Positions 17,396-25,972 of a stretch of DNA of 64,000 nt are shown here, piece by piece (position 1 is the first letter of the stretch; each line of letters opens with the position of its first letter). Location: IMG/VR virus record IMGVR_UViG_3300023174_005338, positions 273,120-337,119 of that record. One strand, given 5' to 3'. The translations under genes were made by a program, and so were the position numbers. The notes under the pieces are model-generated. The model was not told the origin of the DNA and made no database searches. It saw nothing but the letters and a program-made list of their open reading frames with translations.

Positions 17396-18496
17396 ATGCA
17401 AGATGCTATTAAACCGTTACTAGATAGCGAACTATTAAGCGAAGAAGCTCAGCAAGAAATCACTGAGGCTTGGGAAACCAAGTTAAATGAAGCCCGCGAA
17501 CAAGTACGTGCAGAACTCCGCGAAGAGTTTGCACAACGCTATGAGCATGACAAACAAGTGATGGTGGAAGCCCTGGATCGTATGGTAACAGAAGGTCTCA
17601 CCGCAGAAGTCCAAGCAGTGCAAGCCGAAAAGCAAGCACTGGCCGAAGACCGTGTCAAATTCCAAGCTCGTATCAAAGAAGATGCTACCAAGTTTAACAA
17701 CTTCATGATCACCAAATTAGCTGAAGAAATTGGCGAACTGCGCCGAGATCGCAAGACACACAACGAAGGAATAGAGAAGTTAGAATCATTCGTTGTTCAC
17801 GCTCTTGCACGCGAGATTCAAGAATTTGCCGAAGACAAACAAGATGTGGTCAACACAAAAGTGCGTCTAGTGGCCGAAGCTCGCACCAAGTTGGAACAAT
17901 TGAAAAGCCGTTTCGTCGCAGAATCAGCCCGTAAAATGTCCAACGCTGTTAGCCAACATCTCAAGGCTGAACTCAACCAACTCAAAGAAGATATCCAAGT
18001 TGCTCGCGAGAACAATTTTGGACGCAGAATCTTTGAAGCATACGCCACTGAATTTGGTGCAACTCATCTCAATGAGAAAGCCGAAGTGCGTAAACTACAT
18101 GACATCATTGCAAGCAAAGATGCCAAGTTGGCTGAAGCCGTCCAATTCACCCAGAAAGCCAAAGTTCTGGTTGAATCAAAAGAACGCGAGATCCGCATGA
18201 TACGTGAATCCAATCAACGCGAAAGCGCCATGGAAGAACTGCTCGCTCCTCTCAATGAAGAGAAGCGCGAAATCATGAAGAACTTGCTCGAAAGCGTACA
18301 GACAAGTCGTTTGTCCAATGCTTTTGAAAAGTATCTACCAGCTGTACTAGCCGAAGGTACTGTGAAAGCCCGTAAAGTGATCACAGAAACTGTTAGCGTG
18401 GCCACTGGCGATAAATCTGCCCGCAGTCCAGATGCAGATCAAGCGGCTGACAATGTCAGCAACGTGATCGATCTCAAGCGTTTGGCAGGGCTGTAA
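17396..18496 (+). CDS. gp22: Prohead core scaffolding protein
   Basis: Long Glu/Ala/Lys coiled coil between gp21 and gp23. Confidence 0.8.
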   Translation: MQDAIKPLLDSELLSEEAQQEITEAWETKLNEAREQVRAELREEFAQRYEHDKQVMVEALDRMVTEGLTAEVQAVQAEKQALAEDRVKFQARIKEDATKFNNFMITKLAEEIGELRRDRKTHNEGIEKLESFVVHALAREIQEFAEDKQDVVNTKVRLVAEARTKLEQLKSRFVAESARKMSNAVSQHLKAELNQLKEDIQVARENNFGRRIFEAYATEFGATHLNEKAEVRKLHDIIASKDAKLAEAVQFTQKAKVLVESKEREIRMIRESNQRESAMEELLAPLNEEKREIMKNLLESVQTSRLSNAFEKYLPAVLAEGTVKARKVITETVSVATGDKSARSPDADQAADNVSNVIDLKRLAGL

Positions 18497-18523
18497 CCCA
18501 AGACATAATAAAAGGAGACTTAA

Positions 18524-19720
18524 ATGTCACAAGAATTATTAGAAGGCCGTTGGGACGAAACCAAAGATGCACTCTTGGAAGGTTTATCCGGATCCAAGCG
18601 TAGCTCAATGAGTGTAATCCTTGAAAATACCAAGAAGTACTTGCGTGAGAACGCTTCTTCTGGTTCCACAGTATCTGGCAACATCGCTACATTAAACCGT
18701 GTGATTCTGCCAGTGATCCGTCGTGTTATGCCAACCGTTATCGCTAACGAGTTGGTTGGTGTTCAACCAATGACAGGTCCTGTAGGTCAAATCCACACAT
18801 TACGTGTTCGCTATGCACAGAGCTTGAATGACACATCAGCAGCCGCCACAAGCGTTGCAGCTGGTTCTGAAGCTTTGAGCCCATTCACAATCGCTACAGC
18901 TTACTCTACTGTACCTCAAGCTACCGCAACAGCTACAGGTTACACAGGTAACAACACAGCGACCATGGAAGGCACAGGCGGTAAGCAAATTTCCGTACAG
19001 ATCTTGAAGCAAGCTGTTGAAGCTAAGACACGCAAACTCCAAGCTCGTTGGACATTTGAATCTGCACAAGACGCACAAGCCATGCATGGCATTGACGTTG
19101 AAGCAGAAATCATGGCTGCTCTTGCACAAGAGATCACAGCTGAGATCGACCAAGAAATCCTGTTGAGCTTGAGCACATTGGCTGCTACAGAGTTTACATA
19201 CAACCAAGCTACTGTGTCTGGTACAGCAACATTCGTTGGTGATGAGCATGCCGCTTTGGCAGTGTTGATCAACCGCGTTGCTAACTTGATCGCTCAGCGT
19301 ACACGTCGTGGCGCTGGTAACTTTGCTGTTGTATCTCCAGCAAGTTTGACAGTGTTGCAATCTGCAACAACATCAGCTTTTGCTCGCACAACAGAAGGCA
19401 CATTTGAAGCACCCACAAACACCAAGTTTGTTGGTACACTCAATGGCGCAATGCGTGTGTTCTGCAACAGCTACGCCGCTGACACAGCTAGTGTGTTGGT
19501 AGGTTATAAGGGTACGAGCGAGGCAGATGCTGCCGCGTTCTATTGCCCATATATTCCTTTAATGAGCAGCGGTGTTGTTCTTGATCCATCAACATTCGAA
19601 CCAGTCGTATCATTTATGACGAGATATGGCTTCGTAGAATTGACAAATACTGCAAGTTCCTTCGGTAACGCTGCAGATTATGTGGGAGAAATAGCAGTAC
19701 AAAATTTATCATTCTCATGA
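18524..19720 (+). CDS. gp23: Major capsid protein
   Basis: LVGVQPMTGPVGQI, AKTRKLQARWT, EITAEIDQEI, TRRGAGN, FYCPYIPL and TRYG. Confidence 0.97.
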   Translation: MSQELLEGRWDETKDALLEGLSGSKRSSMSVILENTKKYLRENASSGSTVSGNIATLNRVILPVIRRVMPTVIANELVGVQPMTGPVGQIHTLRVRYAQSLNDTSAAATSVAAGSEALSPFTIATAYSTVPQATATATGYTGNNTATMEGTGGKQISVQILKQAVEAKTRKLQARWTFESAQDAQAMHGIDVEAEIMAALAQEITAEIDQEILLSLSTLAATEFTYNQATVSGTATFVGDEHAALAVLINRVANLIAQRTRRGAGNFAVVSPASLTVLQSATTSAFARTTEGTFEAPTNTKFVGTLNGAMRVFCNSYAADTASVLVGYKGTSEADAAAFYCPYIPLMSSGVVLDPSTFEPVVSFMTRYGFVELTNTASSFGNAADYVGEIAVQNLSFS

Positions 19721-19771
19721 TCAAATCAGTACTACATTTCTAAATGTAAAATTCTCAGGGATGGGAAGCAG

Positions 19772-19797
19772 AAAAGCGCCGAAAGGCGCTTTTTTGT
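19772..19797 (+). terminator. Rho-independent terminator after the MCP gene
   Basis: AAAAGCGCC-GAAA-GGCGCTTTTTT. Confidence 0.85.
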
Positions 19798-19842
19798 TGA
19801 TTACAAGTTTAGGTAAAAGTGAGGTTTATCATAAATAATATT

Positions 19843-20601
19843 ATGAACAAATACAAAACTTGGTATAACAACATTACTGAAAACGCCAAAACTCGTATAT
19901 CGGATGGATATACGGAACGGCATCACATTATCCCTCGAAGCCTAGGCGGATCTGACAGTAAAGAAAACTTAGTTGATCTCACAGCCAGAGAACATTTCAT
20001 ATGTCATTGGTTACTGATTAAAATGCATACTGGCGAATCAAAAGCTAAAATGATTTATGCTCTAAATGGTATGAAACGAAATGGCAGATTTAACGAAAGA
20101 TATGAAACCAAAATAACAAGTAGAGTTTATGAAAAGCTCAAACAAGAATTTTCTCTTATACACTCTGCCAACATGAAAGGTCGCACTGCCCACAATAAAG
20201 GTGTTCCTGCCACAGAAGAACAAAAAGAAAAAAATAGGCTGGCCGCAAAAGGTAGGAAGATGAGTCCAGAATCAATCGCGAAAGGTGTAGCCAAGCGCCG
20301 CGGACAAAAAAGAACAGAAGAGCAAAAGGCAAAAATTGCAAAATCAGTAAAAGAAGCACTTGCTAAAAACCCAAGAGGCCCAATGAGCGATGAACATAAG
20401 TTAAAAAGGTCATTAGCATCATTGGGTAAACCAAAGCCAGCTGGGCATACTGAAAGAAGACTTGCGACTCTTGCCAAGCAGTTGGCAGAAGGCACGCATT
20501 ATAGTCAACAAAAAAAGACCTGTCCACACTGCGGAGTAGTTGCAAGTAAAGGTCCTTACACAAGGTATCACGGACCTCACTGCCAGGCCCTCAAACCTTA
20601 A
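19843..20601 (+). CDS. Free-standing HNH homing endonuclease with NUMOD3-like repeats
   Basis: ERHHIIPRSLGGSDSKENLVDLTAREHFICH; basic repeats; C-terminal CPHC. AT-rich; TAAATA 5 nt before the ATG. Confidence 0.85.
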   Translation: MNKYKTWYNNITENAKTRISDGYTERHHIIPRSLGGSDSKENLVDLTAREHFICHWLLIKMHTGESKAKMIYALNGMKRNGRFNERYETKITSRVYEKLKQEFSLIHSANMKGRTAHNKGVPATEEQKEKNRLAAKGRKMSPESIAKGVAKRRGQKRTEEQKAKIAKSVKEALAKNPRGPMSDEHKLKRSLASLGKPKPAGHTERRLATLAKQLAEGTHYSQQKKTCPHCGVVASKGPYTRYHGPHCQALKP

Positions 20602-21743
20602 ACCTTGAACCAGCCCAGGTACTGATGTATACGATCTGTGACCGACGCCCAGTCACCCATGGCAGGTTGACGGAACAGTCGGGCAGTGGTATACCATGGA
20701 CTGCTGTCACGATCCAGCAACCAACGCCAATCCAAGGCAAATTGACTCAGCATGACCCAGACCGGACGACCCAGAGCACCAGCCAAGTGTGCCACAGCAG
20801 TGTCTACCGCAAGTACCACATCCATGTGCATGATCAAGGCCGCCGAGTCTGCAAAACTTTGTATGGCACCCGGGTAGGCCTTGACGCCGGCAGACAACAA
20901 CTCAGCTTCTTCCTCTGCGGTGCAATCAACCTGTAGGTTGACCCACTCGTAGTGGGGATTTCTTTTTATCAATGACAACATTTCGCCAAAGGGCATGGCC
21001 TTGTGTCGATTGATCCAGGTATCTCTGCGACCCGACCAACAAAATCCCACACGCAGGCGTGTTTTTGGACCCAACTGTTGTTGCCAGGCCTGTTGCAATT
21101 TGGCATCAGCGGTTAGATAGTACTGTACACTGGCAAGATTTTCCAGGGTCGATCCAACGATGCCTGGGATACTCATGATAGGAGTCCAATAGTCAAATGC
21201 CGGCAATGTTTCACCAAATGCAACAATGGTCTTGATTTCTGGACTTTGAAACAACGGTATCAACAATTTGTCAACAACCAACACAGACTGTGCACCTCTT
21301 GCGGTAATGTCGGTTACAAATCTCACAAACTGTATGTTATCGCCATGCCCCTGCTCGCCAATGATCAACACGGTTTTGCCCGTGATGTCCTGGCCAGTCC
21401 AACGCGGCTGATCAAATTTTGGCAGTGTGCCAGCTAGATGTTCGTAGTTCCAGCGTGTTTCGTACTGCGGCCAACCACGGGCATAATCACCCATCAACAG
21501 ATAGGCCACGGCCAAATTAAATGGAGCGGTAGGATGGCCTGGAGCCAACTGCATGCTTCGTTGCAAAAACGGAACAGCACCTGCAGGATCACCGCACTCG
21601 CGTAGCACATTGCCATAGTTGTTGAATGCACTGGCCGAATTTCTATCTTGAATCAAGGCCTGTGCATAGTATTGTAGAGCCAGTTCGGGGGTGTTGTTTT
21701 CCCGGGCTTGATTGCCTAACGCTATGAGTTCTTCTGTGTGCAT
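20598..21743 (-). CDS. TPR-repeat protein with glycosyltransferase (GT-B, GT9-like) domain
   Basis: N-terminal TPRs; EQGHGDNIQFVRF, RVGFCWSG, DTAVAHLAGALG and DWRW...SPWY. ATG 21743 follows TAAATA. Confidence 0.8.
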   Translation of the reverse strand: MHTEELIALGNQARENNTPELALQYYAQALIQDRNSASAFNNYGNVLRECGDPAGAVPFLQRSMQLAPGHPTAPFNLAVAYLLMGDYARGWPQYETRWNYEHLAGTLPKFDQPRWTGQDITGKTVLIIGEQGHGDNIQFVRFVTDITARGAQSVLVVDKLLIPLFQSPEIKTIVAFGETLPAFDYWTPIMSIPGIVGSTLENLASVQYYLTADAKLQQAWQQQLGPKTRLRVGFCWSGRRDTWINRHKAMPFGEMLSLIKRNPHYEWVNLQVDCTAEEEAELLSAGVKAYPGAIQSFADSAALIMHMDVVLAVDTAVAHLAGALGRPVWVMLSQFALDWRWLLDRDSSPWYTTARLFRQPAMGDWASVTDRIHQYLGWFKV

Positions 21744-21790
21744 GGTTCTATTTAATTTGTGCATAGATCTCCAAAATATTTGTTGTTGAA

Positions 21791-21887
21791 TAAATACTTG
21801 TCAACGCAATCCTGCGTTTTATGCGGCTCTAACCCAGCCGCGTAGTCGCTAGAACCGACATTGGGCTTCTTTAAGGAGAAAACAAAA
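21791..21887 (+). promoter_or_regulatory. Late promoter plus three-hairpin structured 5' leader
   Basis: TAAATA at 21791; stems 21803-21818, 21820-21844 and 21845-21859; AAGGAG SD. Confidence 0.55.
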
Positions 21888-22679
21888 ATGGGACGTCCTC
21901 TCAAAATTAAAAAAATTATCGAAACTGGTTATAATTCTACTACCGGTGCAAACCCTGGTGTTGACATCGGTTTCAATGCACTAACTAGTTTGACAGCACC
22001 TGTGTACCCTAGTCCTGTATGGGATTCGGCCACAGAATATCTAGGCGTGGTTGGCGGAGCTCAGCCTCCTACCGTGGCCAGCACCAACTATCCTATCGTC
22101 AAGTGCCGTGTGTTTGTCACAGGTTTTGCCGAAGCAGATGGTCAAATTATTCGTCAAAAAGGCGCACACAAGTTCTTGGTAGCAGATACAACCAGCAGAA
22201 CAGCACTGGTGGCCAATCAGGCCTATCGCATTACTACAGTAGGCAACACAGACTGGGCCAGCTATGGTGCTCCCAACGCACAGATTGGCACAATCTTCAC
22301 AGCCACAGCGGCCTTGGGCAATACAGGCACAGGTCGTGTCAACGCGGTTGGCATCTGTGTGTTGGCCAACGATTTGAGCCCCACAGCCGGCAACATGAGC
22401 ATCAGCTACTTTGATAATTCATCCACCGAAGTTGCAATCAGCAAGCTAACCAACAAGTTCTTGCAGAATTTCAACGGCGGCGAAGCTGGTGGCAATGCCG
22501 ATACTGGCAACGTTTGGGATTACACACAAGTGGTCAACAACGTTACCTATGCTGCCAACTTCTTCAGCGACGAAGGGGTCACAGCCAAATCGGGTGCAGA
22601 AGTTGACACCTGGGCAGGCACCAGCCAGCTCAGCAGCGGCAACTTGGATCTTGCTATTGTAGAAAACTACAATACTTAA
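21888..22679 (+). CDS. Putative virion structural protein
   Basis: Strong SD, start MGRPLKI, IIRQKG..KFLV motif; first gene of the fibre cluster. Confidence 0.55.
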   Translation: MGRPLKIKKIIETGYNSTTGANPGVDIGFNALTSLTAPVYPSPVWDSATEYLGVVGGAQPPTVASTNYPIVKCRVFVTGFAEADGQIIRQKGAHKFLVADTTSRTALVANQAYRITTVGNTDWASYGAPNAQIGTIFTATAALGNTGTGRVNAVGICVLANDLSPTAGNMSISYFDNSSTEVAISKLTNKFLQNFNGGEAGGNADTGNVWDYTQVVNNVTYAANFFSDEGVTAKSGAEVDTWAGTSQLSSGNLDLAIVENYNT

Positions 22680-22697
22680 TTTTTTTGTAGCCAACCC

Positions 22698-22731
22698 AAA
22701 ATCCCCACAATAAGTACTGTGGGGATTTTTT
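22698..22731 (+). terminator. Terminator-like hairpin whose loop holds a late-promoter-like ATAAGTA
   Basis: AAAATCCCCACA-ATAAGTAC-TGTGGGGATTTT followed by T's, immediately before ATG 22732. Confidence 0.6.
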
Positions 22732-23319
22732 ATGAGCACAGCATTTGTATTGGGCAACGGTGTCAGCCGCAGAGACGTCAGCGTGGTAACTCTGGCCAGG
22801 TGCGGCCGCATCTACGGGTGCAATGCTCTGTATCGAGAACACACTCCGGATGTGTTGGTCTCAACCGACAGACCCATAGCCGAACACATACAAAAAAGTG
22901 GGTACAGTGCCCAACACGAGTTTTACACACGCAGACCCTTGCCCGATCTGGGAGCTCGAATTGTGCCCAAGCCCTATTTTGGCTACAGTAGTGGACCCAT
23001 AGCCCTGGGCCTGGCAGCCATGCAAGGCAATGACTTGATCTACATGCTGGGCTATGACATGGGCCCCAGTGCCACCAACACCATCAACAATTTGTATGCT
23101 GGTACCGAATTCTACAAACCTATCACAGCCTCGCCCACTTTTACCGGCAACTGGCTCAAACAACTTGTACAGGTGATTACCGATCACAAAAACACGCAGT
23201 TTGTACGGGTCACTGGGCCTACCACAGCACGTCTAGCCGAGCTGGAAGCCCTGCGCAATCTAGAACACCTGGACATGCACATGTTTTTAGACCGCATAAA
23301 TAATCAAAAGGATCTATAA
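22732..23319 (+). CDS. DUF115/MptE-like (Maf-type glycosyltransferase-related) protein
   Basis: AFVLGNG.SR, YGCNALYRE..PD.LV..D and SSG..AL.LA.....IYMLGYD. Confidence 0.55.
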   Translation: MSTAFVLGNGVSRRDVSVVTLARCGRIYGCNALYREHTPDVLVSTDRPIAEHIQKSGYSAQHEFYTRRPLPDLGARIVPKPYFGYSSGPIALGLAAMQGNDLIYMLGYDMGPSATNTINNLYAGTEFYKPITASPTFTGNWLKQLVQVITDHKNTQFVRVTGPTTARLAELEALRNLEHLDMHMFLDRINNQKDL

Positions 23320-23928
23320 ATGACCACGAGTTACAAAACTGTCAACGGCGATTATACCATCACCTGCAATGAAGGCCTTGGTATTTTCACGGTTAATGCA
23401 GCCAATTTGATATTCAACGGCAATATCACTCAAAGCGGAAACACCACCATTGTTGATCCGTTTTTGGTAGTGGCAGCCAACAACACCGGTACAATCACAG
23501 ACATGGGTGTGCTGGCACAAACCGGTCCAACAACCTTTGCTGGTCTGCGCTTTGATGTTACTGCCAATGCCTGGCAGATCAGCAACAGTGTCAACGGATC
23601 CGGCGGCGCCATTGCCAGTTATGCCAACATATTGACCACAGTTACCGCAGTGGCAGTTGGGGGCTCTAACACACAGATACAGTTCAACGATTCAGGTGCT
23701 TTTGGAGCATCGGCCAATTTGTCGTTTAACAAAGCCACTAATCGACTGTTTTTGGGTGGACATCAAGTTTTTGCCAACACAGTCGCTCCGGCCAATGTGG
23801 CCAATGCTGTGGCACTGTACAGCAATGCAGTCAGCAGCGGCGGCACAGGATTGTATTTTACATCGGCCGCGGCCAACGACGAACTGGTCAGCAAAAGTGC
23901 AGCCATAGTATTTGCAATCATATTTTAA
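23320..23928 (+). CDS. Virion structural/fibre-associated protein
   Basis: GGSNTQIQFNDSGAFGASANLSF motif shared with the neighbouring fibre genes. Confidence 0.6.
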   Translation: MTTSYKTVNGDYTITCNEGLGIFTVNAANLIFNGNITQSGNTTIVDPFLVVAANNTGTITDMGVLAQTGPTTFAGLRFDVTANAWQISNSVNGSGGAIASYANILTTVTAVAVGGSNTQIQFNDSGAFGASANLSFNKATNRLFLGGHQVFANTVAPANVANAVALYSNAVSSGGTGLYFTSAAANDELVSKSAAIVFAIIF

Positions 23929-23937
23929 GGAACATAA

Positions 23938-24255
23938 ATGACAATAACAACACAGGTAATTTCTAACACAGTGGTAGGCAACACAGTTTATACCAGCGGC
24001 GGAAACACTGCTATCACCTGGATGAGTCTCAACAACTGGGGCCCAGCCAACGTGACTGCCAATGTGTTTGTAGTGCCTAACGGCAATACCGCAACAACCA
24101 GCAATCAGATTTTGTATGCATTGCCATTGGCCAGTGGTGACACCTATCAACTATATGCTGCTGGAGAAAAATTATTGTTGGGCTCCGGCGACTTTGTGCG
24201 AGTCATAACTTCGGCTAACACAGTGACCGCGGTAACTTCGTATACCTCGATTTAA
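23938..24255 (+). CDS. Small beta-rich virion protein
   Basis: SD AAGGA; EKLLL..GD motif; lies in the structural operon. Confidence 0.55.
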   Translation: MTITTQVISNTVVGNTVYTSGGNTAITWMSLNNWGPANVTANVFVVPNGNTATTSNQILYALPLASGDTYQLYAAGEKLLLGSGDFVRVITSANTVTAVTSYTSI

Positions 24256-24653
24256 TGGGATATTTTGTAAAAAATCGGCAGTTGCAGAGCGGCAGTTCTG
24301 GGGTGGTTCTTCCCTCTGGCGACAGCGCCCAGCGTCCACAAAATCCAGCATTTGGACTCATACGCTACAACACCGATTCGTCGGGCTTTGTGGAGTTTTT
24401 CAACGGCACCGAATTTGTGGCCCTGAGCTCAGGAGACGTTCAATACACTGTGGACAATTTTGTTGGCAACGGAGTGCAAACAGACTTTACCATGAGCGTG
24501 GCCGAAAGCACAGCCACACAGATCATGGTATATGTGGGATCAATCTATCAAGAACCCACCACGGCCTACACAGTCAACGGCTCAGTGACCTTATCTTTTA
24601 CCAGCGCACCTCCAAACACAGTACCAATCAACGTGATACACACCAGCTCTTGA
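24255..24653 (+). CDS. Virion structural protein
   Basis: LPSG.SAQRP...GLIRYNT and F.GNG..T.FT...V..I.Q.P...Y modules typical of T4-like fibre/baseplate proteins. Confidence 0.6.
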   Translation: MGYFVKNRQLQSGSSGVVLPSGDSAQRPQNPAFGLIRYNTDSSGFVEFFNGTEFVALSSGDVQYTVDNFVGNGVQTDFTMSVAESTATQIMVYVGSIYQEPTTAYTVNGSVTLSFTSAPPNTVPINVIHTSS

Positions 24654-24681
24654 CCGATAAATACCTTGACAAGGACCATCT

Positions 24682-25722
24682 ATGGCAGTTAATTTAGTCA
24701 AAGGGCAAATACTTTCCAGCATTCTTGAACGCGATGGCATTGACATCAGCATAGCCAATGCCAATGTGGGTATCAATACCAATTCGCCCACAGTCAGACT
24801 TGAAGTAGTTGGCAACGTAATAGTTGGAAATTTCAGCACAGCTGGCAATGTGGCCACAGGAAATCTGCTTACCAATAACCTGCTGTATGCCAATGGCACA
24901 CCTTGGGATCTACAACAGCCAGCAGGCAACAACACAGAAATACAATTCAACAACAACAGCCAATTTGGCGCCAGTGCCAACTTGACCTTTGATACCACGG
25001 CCAACTTGCTGACAGTAAATGCCACGGCCAACATAGCCAATCTCAATGTTGCTGGTAACACAAGCGTGGGCGGTAACATCACAGGTGGCAATTTACTGAC
25101 CAATGGCAATGTCAGTGCCACTGGCAACGTTACTGGCAATTATTTCTTTGGTACATTTGTTGGTAACATATCGGGCAATTTAACGGTACCTGGATCTAGC
25201 ACACAGGTTATCTACAACTACAACGGAAACGCCGCAGCAAGCCCGGGGTTTACCTTTGACCAATCCTCAAATGCCGTGGTGGTTACCGGCAACGTGACAG
25301 CTGGCAATGTAAACACAGTTGGCAATGTCACAACTGGTAATTTAAACACAGTTGGCAATGTCACGGCTGGCAATGTCTTGGTTGGAAATATTCTTGTTCC
25401 TGCTGTGGGCAACATCAGTGCCGGTAACGTAAACATCAATAATCTGTCAGATCCAGCGGCCAATCAAGATGCAGCCACCAAATACTATGTAGACCAAAGT
25501 ATAAGCAATACAGCAGTTACCAATCAAATCTTGTACGGCAACAATGTGGCCACCACATTTACCTTAAATCGGAGTACCACCACAGCTGCGGTCTTGATCA
25601 TGCTCAACGGTATCACACAAGTGCCAGATCAGTCCTATGCCATGGTTCCTAGCCCTAGCACCAATTTGGTGTTTTCAGAAGCTCCTGAAACAGGCGATGT
25701 CATAGACATTAGATTCCTGTAA
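24682..25722 (+). CDS. Asn/Gly/Thr-rich fibre-like virion protein
   Basis: GNVT/GNIT repeats, DP..NQDAATKYYVD and a C-terminal LNGITQ.P...FSEAP..GD.IDIR module. Confidence 0.65.
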   Translation: MAVNLVKGQILSSILERDGIDISIANANVGINTNSPTVRLEVVGNVIVGNFSTAGNVATGNLLTNNLLYANGTPWDLQQPAGNNTEIQFNNNSQFGASANLTFDTTANLLTVNATANIANLNVAGNTSVGGNITGGNLLTNGNVSATGNVTGNYFFGTFVGNISGNLTVPGSSTQVIYNYNGNAAASPGFTFDQSSNAVVVTGNVTAGNVNTVGNVTTGNLNTVGNVTAGNVLVGNILVPAVGNISAGNVNINNLSDPAANQDAATKYYVDQSISNTAVTNQILYGNNVATTFTLNRSTTTAAVLIMLNGITQVPDQSYAMVPSPSTNLVFSEAPETGDVIDIRFL

Positions 25723-25972
25723 AAATATCCCTGCTACGTCACGGATTTTTTGCTGAGAAATAAATACAGTATCCTTCCAACAGACCACTGCTGTCTACCC
25801 AGCAACACCGTCTCTCCAGAGCGAATAGCTCCAAAAAATCGTGTTGCAATATCCAAAATATCCGGACTCTGGTAAATACATCATAGCCCGTGAATTTTCA
25901 CGAGCTTAAAATTTAAGGTTGATGACATTGAGTCATCAACAGTGTTGTAAAAAGGCAATCGGAGATAAAAAA

